DNA of 64,000 bases from an uncultured Chloroflexia bacterium (GTDB lineage Bacteria; Chloroflexota; Limnocylindria; QHBO01): contig CAWAHY010000003.1 in assembly GCA_963782015.1 (NCBI GenBank), positions 2,674-66,673 on the forward strand, in the 5' to 3' direction. The notes under the pieces were generated by a model, which worked only from the letters and a program-made list of their open reading frames with translations, did no database searches and had not been told where the DNA came from. This document shows positions 17,902 to 27,753 of the stretch, in pieces. Within the stretch, counting starts at the first letter, position 1, and each line of letters begins with the position of its first letter. Both the position numbers and the translations under genes were made by a program.

Positions 17902-20214
17902 GTGGAGCCGTGGACCGTTCGCGTCGCGATGTGGAGCGCCCGCTACCGCTGGGCGGTCTTCGCGCTCTGGTTCGTGGCGACCATCGGCATCTTCGCGCTG
18001 AGCACGGCGCAGGGTGGCATCAACACGCTGGACGTCAACAGCGATCCGAGCGGTCCGCAGCTCGAGGCGGAGGAAGCGTACGAGGTCTTCGGGGCCGGCG
18101 AGGAGGTCGCGCCCTCCGAGCGGATCGTGATCGTGCTGAAGGGCGGCGCGGGGGCGGTGGCGGATCCTGCGTTCCAGGCCGGGGTCGCCGACCTGGTGGC
18201 CGCACTGGGGGCCGCCAAAGCCACCGTTGACGGCACCGATACGCCCACCTTCGACGAGCTGCTCGACCCCTTCAGCGCCCCGCCCGAGGCCGGCCTGGTC
18301 TCGGCCGACGGGACCACGGTCCAGGTGGTCGGCAACATCCCCGGCGAGGACGACGTGGTCGAGCAGCTGCTGGCGCCCATCCCGGAGATCGTGGACGCGG
18401 CGCGCGCGGCCATGCCCGACGCGACCATCCACGTCGTCAGCAACACCTTCATCAACCGCGACATCAACGACCTGATCACGCACGACCTCGACAGCTCGCT
18501 GCGGGTCACGATCCCGCTCACCTTCCTGATCCTGCTGCTCGCCTTCGGCGCGATCGTGGCGTCGCTCATCCCGCTGGTCCTGGCGGTGACCTCCCTGCTG
18601 GCCGCGTTCGGGATCATGGGCATCTACAGCCACACGATCTCCGCGGTGAGCCCGAATGCCACGCAGCTGATCGTGCTCATCGGCCTGGCGGTGGCGGTCG
18701 ACTACTCGCTCTTCATGGTCACGCGCTTCCGGACCGAGCGACGCCACGGCCGGTCCGTCTCGCTCGCGATCGAGGTGGCCAGCAGCACGGCCGGCCGGGC
18801 GGTCTTCTTCTCCGGCCTGGCGGTGATGATCTCGCTGGCGGGGCTGCTCACGCTGGGGATCCCGCTCTTCACCTCCATGGCGGTGGGGACGATCGGCGTG
18901 GTGCTGGTCTCGGTGATCGGCAGCCTGACCTTCCTGCCGGCCACGCTCGCGATCTTCGGCGATCGGGTCAACCTGGGCCGTCCCGCGGCGTGGATCCCGA
19001 GCCTGATGACGAGGGTGCCGATCGACGGCGTCCGGAGCCGCGGCCGGGCGACCCTCGCCGCGCTGCAGCGTCGCGCGCAGCGCCCCGAGGGGAGCGGGCT
19101 CTGGGCCTGGCTCGTCTCCCGGGTCATGGCTCGACCGATCCCGATGGTGCTCGCCTCGGGCGTCCTGTTGCTGGCCCTGGCCTTCCCGATCCTCCACCTG
19201 CGCATCGGCATCACCGATATCACCGGGTTCCCCAAGACGATCGACGGCGTCGCCGGGATCCTGCTGCTGAACGAGAAGTGGCCGCAGGGCACGGACATGC
19301 GGCTCGACGTGGTCGTGACCCATCCGGACCGCGCGAGGTGCGGGCGGCGGTGGAGGCGCTCAAGGTGCGGGCAGTGGCCATCCCTGGGCTGAGCGGGCCG
19401 CCGGTGGAGCGGCTCTCCACGGAGGGGGACGCCGTGCTCGTCTCGTTCACGATGAGCGGCGGCCGCAACGACGATGCGAATCGCGCGATCGTGCGGGAGG
19501 TCCGCGAGGAGCTGCGCCCGGAGCTGTTCGGCGGCGCTGTCCGGCGTCCGGATGCTGGTCAGCGGCCAGGCGGCGGTGGCGCTCGACGTCACCCAGATCT
19601 ACGTGGACGGCACCCCGCGCATCTTCCTGTTCGTGCTGGGGCTCTCCTTCCTGCTGATGCTCGTCGCCTTCCACTCGATCGTGATCCCGATCAAGGCGAT
19701 CCTGCTCAACCTGCTCTCGACCGGTGCCGCGTTCGGGGTGATGGTGCTCGTCTTCCGCGACGGCTGGCTGGCCGAGCCGCTGGGGATCACCGCCGGCGGG
19801 GTGATCGAGAGCTGGGTGCCGATCTTCATCTTCACGATCCTGTTCGGCCTCTCGATGGACTACCACCTCTTCATCCTCACCCGCATCAAGGAGGCGCGGG
19901 ACCGTGGGCTCGGGTCGCGGGCGGCCGTGGCGCGGGGGATCTCCGTCACCGCCGGCACGATCACCAGCGCCGCCTCGATCATGGTCGTCGTCTTCGCGGC
20001 CTTCGTGACGCTCAAGTTCGTCTTCATCCAGCAGCTGGGGCTGGGGCTGGCGGTGGCGGTGCTGATTGACGCCACGATCGTGCGGTCGGTGCTCCTCCCT
20101 GCCTCGATGCAGCTGCTCGGCGACTGGAACTGGTGGCTGCCGCCGTTCCTGCGCTGGCTGCCGCACATCACCATCGAGGGGGAGGGGCTCGAGCTGGCCG
20201 AGCCCGAGGGGTAG
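17902..20214 (+). CDS. MMPL/RND-superfamily membrane transporter; two frameshifts
   Basis: Two 6-TM bundles ('VDYSLFMVTRFRTERR', 'SMDYHLFILTRIKEAR') separated by soluble loops. Pieces lie in ORFs 17902-19392, 18990-20069 and 19474-20214. Junctions ~19330 and ~19533. TAGACT at 17889-17894 lies 7 nt before the GTG. Confidence 0.85.
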
Positions 20215-20245
20215 CGGGCGGCGGGCCGGTGCACGCAGCCTCGGG

Positions 20246-20372
20246 AGTCACCAGGCGGCTACAACGGAAGATAAGCGGCCACTAATCGGCCGCAAGAGCC
20301 ACTTGGTGACGATTCGGGTCACCCCAGGAGCCTTTCGGGGCTCATCTCGGCCGTTGGAGCCACGGGATCGAC
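20246..20372 (+). repeat. Family-A element, copy 4 of 5
   Basis: AGTCACCAGGCGGCTACAACGGAAGA ... TCTCGGCCGTTGGAGCCACGGGATCGAC. 127 nt. Confidence 0.8.
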
Positions 20373-20420
20373 CATGAGTGGCCGGGTCGCCGGCGTACGT
20401 CGCGCGCGTCGAGGTCCCTT

Positions 20421-20508
20421 CGTGCAGTCGTGCAGTCGTGCAGTCGTGCGCACGAACGCACGACGCGGCTCCGACACAGCACCGGCCCCACCGCCCCACC
20501 GCCCCACC
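20421..20508. repeat. Two short tandem repeats (3 x CGTGCAGT; 3 x GCCCCACC) flanking a GTGCG/CGCAC hairpin
   Basis: CGTGCAGT at 20421-20444 and GCCCCACC at 20485-20508, read directly. Confidence 0.8.
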
Positions 20509-20542
20509 GGATCGGCTCCCGGCCGCCTCCTAGACTGGACGC

Positions 20543-21278
20543 ATGGACGCCACCGAGCTTGCCGACCTGATCACCGACGAGCTGCGCGCGGTCGCGCGCC
20601 CGGAGCGCGCGACTCAGGAGAAGGCGTACCTCAAGAGCCAGCTGGAGTTCCTGGGCGCATCGGTCTGGGAGATCCGGCGGGTGGTGCAGGCGTTCGTGAA
20701 GGGGACCCCGCTCACGCACGACCGGCTCACGCAACTGGTCGAGGCGCTCTGGGCGGCGCCGATCCACGAGCGGCGCATGGCGGCGGTCGCGCTGCTCGAG
20801 CTGTACCCGAAGCTGCTCACCCCCGCCGACCTGCCGCTGATCGAGCGGCTGCTGCGCGAGTCGCTGACCTGGGCGCTGGTCGACGGTCTGGCCGCCCACG
20901 TCGTCGGCGGCATCCGGGTGGGGTCGCCGGACGAGGTCACTCCCGTCCTGGACCGATGGGCCGCCGACCCCGACTTCTGGATCCGCCGCAGCTCCCTCCT
21001 GGCCGAGCTGCTGCCGTTACGCACGGGCGCGGACCTGGCTCCCTTCCTGCGGCGGCGCCGATGCGATGCTCGACGAGAAGGAGTTCTTCATCCGCAAGGC
21101 GATCGGCTGGGTGCTGCGCGAGGTCGGCAAGAAGCGCCCCGACGAGGTGGTGGCCTGGCTCGCGCCGCGGACAGATCGGGCCAGCGGCGTCACCATGCGC
21201 GAGGCCGTCCGCTACCTGCCGGCGGGGGAGCGGGAGCGCCTGATGGCAGCGTACCGGGAGAAGCGACCCGCGGCGTGA
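20543..21278 (+). CDS. AlkD-like DNA alkylation repair (HEAT-like repeat) protein; one frameshift
   Basis: 'EKAYLKSQLEFLGASVWEIRR', then C-terminal 'EKEFFIRKAIGWVLREVGKKRPDEV' in the frame of ORF 21066-21278. Junction ~21052. Confidence 0.8.
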
Positions 21279-21387
21279 GGCGGGCGCCGGTACCGGCGTA
21301 CTGGCGGGTCCGGCATGGGAGGGGCGCCACCGTCGTCCCCGCGGGCACCGCTGAGCGTGGCGCTAGTACACCCGCGCCAATCGTCCT

Positions 21388-23272
21388 ATGTACCCCGGAG
21401 TGCCACGTTCCTATCGTCCGGGGCACATGTTGCGGCGGAACACCACGACGCAGGTTCGTGAGCGCCGGCGGCCGATGCTGCTTGCGCTTGTTTTCGGCAT
21501 CTTCCTGATGCTGATCGGGGTCACCGCGGTCGCCCTCGTCACGGTCACGTCCATGCACCTGACCAGCGGCACGCTGGACACCGTGGTCGAGCGCGATCGG
21601 TCCCTGGTCGCCCTCTTCGTGGAGGGCAACGTGCAGGCGCAGGATGTAGACGCCGATGGGCCGACCGCGGCCAGCGCGCGGGAGCTCGAGACGAAGCTCG
21701 GCCTGCTGACCGCGAAGGACAAGATCCTGCGCCTGGAGATCCGCGCAACCGACGGCACGATCCTGGTCAGCTCGGAGCCCGACCAGCGCGGGCTCAAGCC
21801 GCCGATCTCCCCGGAGATGCAGCGGGCCCTCAACGGCAAGCCGTTCGTCGACGTGGTCGAGCAGTCCGCCGTGACCGACCTCGGCACGAGCAACCTGCAT
21901 GCCACCGACCTGGTGCGCGAGTACCTGCCGCTGCAGTCGGCCGAGTTCAAGACGCTGGCGGTCTTCGCCGTGTGGCGAGACGCCGAGCCGCTCCTGACCC
22001 GCATCGCCCTGGCGCGCCGTGACGTCGTGCTGGTCACGATCGTCGCGTCCCTGCTGCTGGCCGCGGTCCTGTTCGGAGTCTTCCGCGCCGCCCAGAAGCG
22101 GATCACCCGCCAGCAGGCGCAGCTCCTCGATGCCGAGCGGCGCGATCCGCTTGACGGGGCTCCTCAACCACGGGGCGGTGGTCGCCATGCTGGCGAAGCG
22201 GGTCGAGGACGTTCGCGAGGCCAGCGGCCGGCTGGGCGTCGCCCTGATGGACATCGACGGCTTCCGGCTGCTCAATGACACGTACGGACACGAAGCGGCC
22301 GACGAGGTGCTGGTCCGGGTCTCGGAGCTGGTGGAGCGCGAGGCCGGAGACGGGCACATCGTGGCGCGCTACGGCCCCGACGAGTTCCTGCTGGCCATCA
22401 CCGATGCCCACCTGCCGGAGATGGAGGCGGCCGTCGACCGCGTGCGACACGGCCTGGCCGAGATGAGCATGCAGTTCGGCGAGTCCGAGCAGCTCCCCGT
22501 CACCGTCAGCTCGGGGATCTGCCTCTACCCCGACCACGCGGACTCCGTCACCGAGCTGCTCACCGCCGGCGCGGTCGCGGTCCGCGAGGCGAAGGCCTCC
22601 GGGGGCGATGCGGTGCGCGTGGCACGCGTCGGCGAGGAGCTGCGCGAGGCATCGGGCTCATTCGACGTCCTGCAGGGCCTGGTCATCGCGGTCGACACCA
22701 AGGACCGATACACCAAGCGCCACTCCGAGGACGTCGCCCGCTACGCGGTCTTCCTCGCGCGGCGGATGGGGATCGACCCGGAGCAGCTGCAGACGATCCA
22801 CCTGGCCGGGCTGCTCCACGACGTAGGCAAGATCGGCATCCCCGACACGCTCCTGCGCAAGCCGAGCCGCCTGACCGCCCAGGAGTTCGACATCTTCAAG
22901 CAGCACGTCGCGCTGGGCGACGCGATCGTGCGCGACGTCCCCGACGTGGAGATGGTGCGCTCCGGGATCCGCCACCACCACGAGCGCTGGGACGGGCGCG
23001 GCTACCTGGAGGGCCTGGAGCGCGACGAGATCCCGCTGCTCGGCCGGATCCTGGCCGTGGCCGATGCCTTCTCGGCGATGACCACCACCCGCCCCTACCG
23101 CAAGGCGATGGACGTCACCGAGGCGCTGAAGCGGCTCGGTGACGCGGCCGGCACGCAGCTCCAGGAGGAGCTCGTGAAGCTCTTCGTGGAGGGGATCGAG
23201 ACCGACGCCGACGCCCCGCTGCCCGGCGAGCCGCAGACGGGGCTCTGGGTCCCCAGCCTCAAGGTGGCGTGA
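21388..23272 (+). CDS. Membrane sensor with GGDEF (diguanylate cyclase) and HD-GYP (c-di-GMP phosphodiesterase) domains; one frameshift
   Basis: Two TM helices around a ~170-aa periplasmic region. 'DPLTGLLNH' junction (~22152). 'YGPDEF' (GGDEF-site variant). '[30 protein letters not shown]'. The start may be the ATG at 21427. Confidence 0.85.
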
Positions 23273-23273
23273 C

Positions 23274-24227
23274 GTGCGCCGCTGGCGGATCGCCCTGGCC
23301 GCCGGTCTCCTGGCTGCCGGCCTGCCGGCGATGGCCCAGGCGCTGATCTATACCTTCGTGGCGACGCCGCTGATCGTGGCGGTGGGGGACGTCACCGATT
23401 ACACCTTCACCTTCACCAACCTGGGGCCCGGCAGTCCGGGCGTCCGCTGCGTCGAGGTGCTCTTCCCCGACGAGCTCTGGATCTCCGGCGTGGGAACTCC
23501 GGTCGCGAGCAACGGCCGGCCGTGGTCGGCCGGCCTCCAGGGACAGTGGGTCCTCGCCGTCGGGAGCGGCGGTGGAGCGCGCCTGAGGAGCGGCGAATCG
23601 GTGACCTTTACCGTCACCGCCCTCGCGACGTCAGCCGGCGCATTCACCTTCGAGAATCACACCCATTCGACGACGGCCTGCGACGACGCCAACAACGAGG
23701 GGATCCCGGCCCTCGTGACCGTCCTGCCGGCGGCTACACCGACGCCGAGCCCTACGCCGACGCCGACCCCCAAGCCGACGCCCGTCCCGACCCCGAAGCC
23801 CACGCCGGATCCCACGGCGCGCCCGACCCCGGAACCCACGCCGGAGGTCACGGCAAGCCCCACTCCGTCCGCAACCCCGACCCGCGAGGCGTCCGCGACC
23901 GAGCGCCCATCGGCCCCGCCGCCGTCCGCGTCACCGAGCACCTCCGGCGGAGTTCCACCCGTCCGCGTGGCCCCGTTCGACGATGGGGCGAATGGCGTAA
24001 CCAACGACCTGGGCGTGGGGGTGGACGTGCTGGGTCTGCTCGACAACCCCTTCGAGTGGTTCGTGCCCGGCGCACCGGTCGCCCTGCCCGGCCTGCTGGT
24101 CATCCTCTTCGTGCTGCTCCAGGCGGTGGGTGCCCTGGCCTGGATCCCCGCCGTGCGCCGCATGGGGGACGATGACGACGACCGTCATCGGCGCGAGCGT
24201 CGACGACCGACTACCCCAGGGGCGTAG
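23274..24227 (+). CDS. Secreted, C-terminally membrane-anchored surface protein with a Pro/Thr-rich linker (unknown function)
   Basis: Signal peptide '[19 protein letters not shown]', ~130-aa beta-rich domain, (PTPxP)n linker, TM '[23 protein letters not shown]'. The GTG start abuts the upstream stop. Confidence 0.6.
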   Translation: MRRWRIALAAGLLAAGLPAMAQALIYTFVATPLIVAVGDVTDYTFTFTNLGPGSPGVRCVEVLFPDELWISGVGTPVASNGRPWSAGLQGQWVLAVGSGGGARLRSGESVTFTVTALATSAGAFTFENHTHSTTACDDANNEGIPALVTVLPAATPTPSPTPTPTPKPTPVPTPKPTPDPTARPTPEPTPEVTASPTPSATPTREASATERPSAPPPSASPSTSGGVPPVRVAPFDDGANGVTNDLGVGVDVLGLLDNPFEWFVPGAPVALPGLLVILFVLLQAVGALAWIPAVRRMGDDDDDRHRRERRRPTTPGA

Positions 24228-25714
24228 CCGGGTCCCAGCCCTCGAGGCGCTTCCGGACATCGGCCAGGAAGTTGCCGACCTGCGCACCATCGAGCACGCG
24301 ATGGTCGAAGGAGCAGGTCATGTTCATCATCGGACGGATGGTGATGACGTCCTCGCCCTCGACGGTGACCACCACGGGCCGCTTGACGATCGCCTCCATC
24401 GACAGGATGGCGACCTCGGGGCTGTTGATGATCGGCATGGATGAGACCGATCCGAACCAGCCGGTGTTGTTCACCGTGAAGGTGCCGCCCTGGATCTCGT
24501 CGAGCTTCAGCTTGTTGGTGCGGGCGCGCGCGGCGAGGTCCTGGATGCGGTGGTTGACGCCGCTGATGCTGAGCTGATCGGCGTTGGCGATGACCGGCAC
24601 CAGCAGCCCGTTGTCGACCGCCACCGCGATGCCGATGTTCATCGCCTGCTTCAGGATGATCCGGTCCTCGGCGAACTGGCTGTTGAGGGTCGGGTGCAGG
24701 CGCAGGGTCTCGGTCACCGCCTTGATGACGGCCGCCACGTAGCTGATCCCGATCCCCTCGCGGGCCTTGTAGGCGGCCTGGTTCGTCTCGCGCCAGCGCA
24801 CGACGTTGTGCATGTCGACTTCGATGACCGTGTAGGCGTGCGGCACCGTCTGCTTGACGCGGGTCATCTTGGCCGCGATCCCCTTGCGCATCTGGCTCAG
24901 GGAGACCTCCACGTCGCCGCCGGTCGGGGCGGCGAGCGGGGTCGGCGCGGCGTAGGACGGAGCCGGGGACGGAGCAGCGGCCGGGGGAGCGGCGGCAGCG
25001 GATGGGCGGAGGAGGGGGCTCCGCTGCCGGGGCGGCGGCCGGCTCGGGGGTGGGGGTGGGATCGGCTGGCGCGGCGATCGGCTCGGCCATCGGGCACGGG
25101 AATCGGTGCCGCGGACGGTGTCGCGCCGGCAGCCACGAAGGCCAGGACGTCCTCGCGGGTGACGCGACCGCCGGCGCCGCTGCCGCGCAACTGGGCGACG
25201 TCGATCCCGTGCTCGCGGACGAGGCGTCGCACGGCGGGGGTCATGCGCATGCTCGCGTCGGTCCGGCGCGGCCGCGACTGCGGTGGCGGCCACGGGCTCG
25301 GGCTCCGGCTCGGGGGCGGGTGCCGCGGCAACCGGTTCGGGCTCCACGGCTGCGGCCACGGGCTCAGGCTCGGGAGCGGGCTGCCGGGGCAGCCGCGACC
25401 GGCTCAGGCTCGGGAGCGGGCGCGGCTGCTCAGCGGGCGGGGGCCGCTGGCGCGGAGCTGCCGCGGGCTCGGCGGCACCGGACTCGATCTCGGCCAGCGG
25501 CGTGCCCACCTTCACGGTCGTGCCATCGGGGACCAGGATCCTCGTCACCGTGCCCGGCCACCTCGGCCGGGACCTCGGCGTTCACCTTATCGGTCACCAC
25601 CTCGAAGAGCGGGTCGTACTGCTCGACCGTGTCGCCCTCTTTGACCAGCCAGCGCTCGATCGTGCCCTCGGTGACCGACTCGCCGAGCTGCGGCATCTTG
25701 ATGGTGGTTGCCAT
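24211..25714 (-). CDS. 2-oxoacid dehydrogenase E2 (dihydrolipoamide acyltransferase); at least three frameshifts in the lipoyl domain and linkers
   Basis: Lipoyl domain '[34 protein letters not shown]'. PSBD '[33 protein letters not shown]'. Catalytic '[10 protein letters not shown]'. These lie in three frames. Junctions ~25553, ~25270 and ~25000-25090. Confidence 0.85.
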
Positions 25715-25732
25715 GCGCGTCAGGGTAGCGGA

Positions 25733-26719
25733 TCAGTACGCGGCCAGCGCACGGGCGGCCTCGACGATCTTGGTCGGGTTGAGCATGAACCAGTCTTCCA
25801 GGTTGTGGTGGAACGGCACCCCGGGGACCTCGGGGCCGGCGAGCCGGGTGACCGGCGCGTCGAGGCTCTCGAAGCCCTGCTCCGCGATCGTGGCCGCCAC
25901 CTCGGCACCGAAGCCGCCGAACCGATTCGCCTCGTGCACGACCAGCGCGCGCCCGGTCTTCGCGACCGATGCCAGCACGGTGGCGGTGTCGAGCGGCCGC
26001 AGGGTGCGCAGGTCGACCACCTCGGCCTCGATCCCGTCCTCGCGCGCCAGCGTCTCGGCCGCCTCGAGCGCGCAGAAGCGCATGTAGCCGTAGCAGAAGA
26101 TGGAGAGGTGCTTGCCCGGTCGCGCAACCTCGGCCAGGCCGATCGGCACCACGTGGTCGCCATCGGGAACATCGGCCTTGAAGAGGCGGTAGGTCTTCTT
26201 GTGCTCGAAGAAGAGGACCGGGTCCGGGTCGCGCACCGATGCCTTGAGCAGGCCCTTGGCGTCGGCCGGCGTGCCGGGCGCGACGACCTTGAGGCCGACC
26301 GTGGAGGTGAAGTAGGTCTCGTTGCTCTGCGAGTGGTAGAGGGCGCCGTGCACCCCGCCGCCGTACGGCATCCGGATCACCATCGGCAGCCCGAAGGCGT
26401 TGTTGGACCGATAGCGCATGCGGCTGATCTCGGACACGATCTGGTTGAAGGCGGGGTAGACGAAGTCGGCGAACTGCATCTCGGCGATCGGCCGCAGGCC
26501 GTAGATCGCGGCCCCGGCCGCCGCTCCGGCGATCATCGCCTCGGTGAGCGGCGTGTCGAGCACCCGCTTGTCGCCGTACTTCGCCCACAGCCCCTCGGTG
26601 GCGCCGAAGACGCCGCCCTTCTTGCCGACGTCCTCGCCCAGCACCATGACGTTCGGGTCGCGCTCCAGCTCCTCGTCCATGGCGCTGCGGATCGCCTCGA
26701 GGATGTTCAGCTCGGCCAT
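25733..26719 (-). CDS. 2-oxoacid dehydrogenase E1 beta subunit
   Basis: 'MAELNILEAIRSAMDEELERDPNVMVLGEDVG..' transketolase-like pyrimidine-binding and C-terminal domains. 328 aa, intact. ATGA overlap with the E1 alpha stop. Confidence 0.9.
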   Translation of the reverse strand: MAELNILEAIRSAMDEELERDPNVMVLGEDVGKKGGVFGATEGLWAKYGDKRVLDTPLTEAMIAGAAAGAAIYGLRPIAEMQFADFVYPAFNQIVSEISRMRYRSNNAFGLPMVIRMPYGGGVHGALYHSQSNETYFTSTVGLKVVAPGTPADAKGLLKASVRDPDPVLFFEHKKTYRLFKADVPDGDHVVPIGLAEVARPGKHLSIFCYGYMRFCALEAAETLAREDGIEAEVVDLRTLRPLDTATVLASVAKTGRALVVHEANRFGGFGAEVAATIAEQGFESLDAPVTRLAGPEVPGVPFHHNLEDWFMLNPTKIVEAARALAAY

Positions 26720-27741
26720 CAGTCGGTGCCCTCCGCGTAGACCCAGCGCTCCGCGGTGGCGGGATCGGGGTCCGGGCGCGCCTCGGCCCGGGCGGAGGCC
26801 TCGTTGACCTCGGCCTTGACCTCGGCCCGCATGGCGTTGTCGCTCACCTCGGTCAGCAGGCCGGCGGCGCAGCAGGCGGTTGCCGAAGAGCATGAGCGGG
26901 TCATGCTCCTTGAGCGACTCGACCTCGGCGGGGTCGCGGTAGCGGCGCTGGTCGTCGTCGCTGGAGTGGCTGGTGAGCCGCACCACGACCGCCTCGATCA
27001 GGGTCGGCCCCTCGCCGCGTCGGGCCCGGTCGTGGGCAGCCTTGGCGGCGGCGTAGCAGGCCAGCGGATCGCCGCCGTCGACCGTCACGCCGGGGAAGCC
27101 GTATCCCTGCGCGCGGGCCGCCACCGATCGGCCGCCGACCTGCTGGTCCAGCGGCACGCTGATGGCGTAGCCGTTGTTCTCGCACACGAAGATGACCGGC
27201 AGGTTGTGCACCCCGGCGAAGTTCATCGCCTCGTGGATCTCGCCCTGGTTGGAGGTCCCCTCGCCGAAGGTGGTGATCGCCACCACGTCGTCGCCCCGCA
27301 CCCAGGCGCCCATCGCGATCCCCACCGCGTGCAGGACCTGGGTCCCGACCGGGGAGCTGAGCGAGACGATGTTGTAGCGCGCCGCCCCGTAGTGGCCCGG
27401 CATCTGGCGGCCGCCGGAGCTGACGTCGTCGCCCTTGGCCAGGTGGGCGGTGACGATGTCCTCCGGGGTCATGCCGAAGGTGAGGGCGGAGGCGATGGAC
27501 CGATAGAAGGGCGCCATCCAGTCCTGGTTGCGGCGCATCGGCCAGGCGGTCCCGACCTGCGCCGCCTCGTGCCCCTGGCCGGAGATGATGAAGGCGATCT
27601 TGCCGGCGCGCTGCATGAGCCACATCCGCTCGTCCACGGCGCGGGCCAGCAGCATCTGGCGGTACATGGCCAGCAGGTCGTCGTCGGTGAGGCCGAGCGC
27701 CTCGTGCCCGCAGCGCCGGTCGCCTGCTTCGTATCAGCCAT
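26719..27741 (-). CDS. 2-oxoacid dehydrogenase E1 alpha subunit (ThDP-binding); two frameshifts
   Basis: 'GEGTSNQGEIHEAMNFAGVHNLPVIFVCENNGYAIS' ThDP motif. The N-terminus 'MADTKQ..' and the tail 'LLTEVSDNAMRAEVKAEV..WVYAEGTD' are in other frames. Junctions ~27708 and ~26872. Confidence 0.85.
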
Positions 27742-27753
27742 GGTCGGGCATCC

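Noticed and set aside
1043-20372. Possibility that family-A elements are integron attC sites bracketing gene cassettes.
   Set aside because: The size (126 nt) and imperfect palindromy are attC-like. However, the ends do not fit the RYYYAAC/GTTRRRY cores. The bracketed units are large (2.3-4 kb) and on either strand. No intI or attI is in the window.
23730-23860. Low-complexity CCGAC/CCCAC-rich DNA (also 44833-44960 and 53700-54000) as possible non-coding repeats.
   Set aside because: These stretches are in frame and encode Pro/Thr/Ser/Ala linkers of surface or hypothetical proteins. The repetition reflects amino-acid bias, not an independent DNA element.
25733-27667. 644-aa ORF suggesting an E1 alpha-E1 beta fusion protein.
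   Set aside because: The linker ('RRRPADRGERQRHAGRGQGRGQRG..') is out-of-frame sequence created by the frameshift at ~26872. The genuine E1 alpha tail and stop (26719-26721) are in ORF 26719-26904 and overlap the E1 beta ATG in the usual ATGA coupling.
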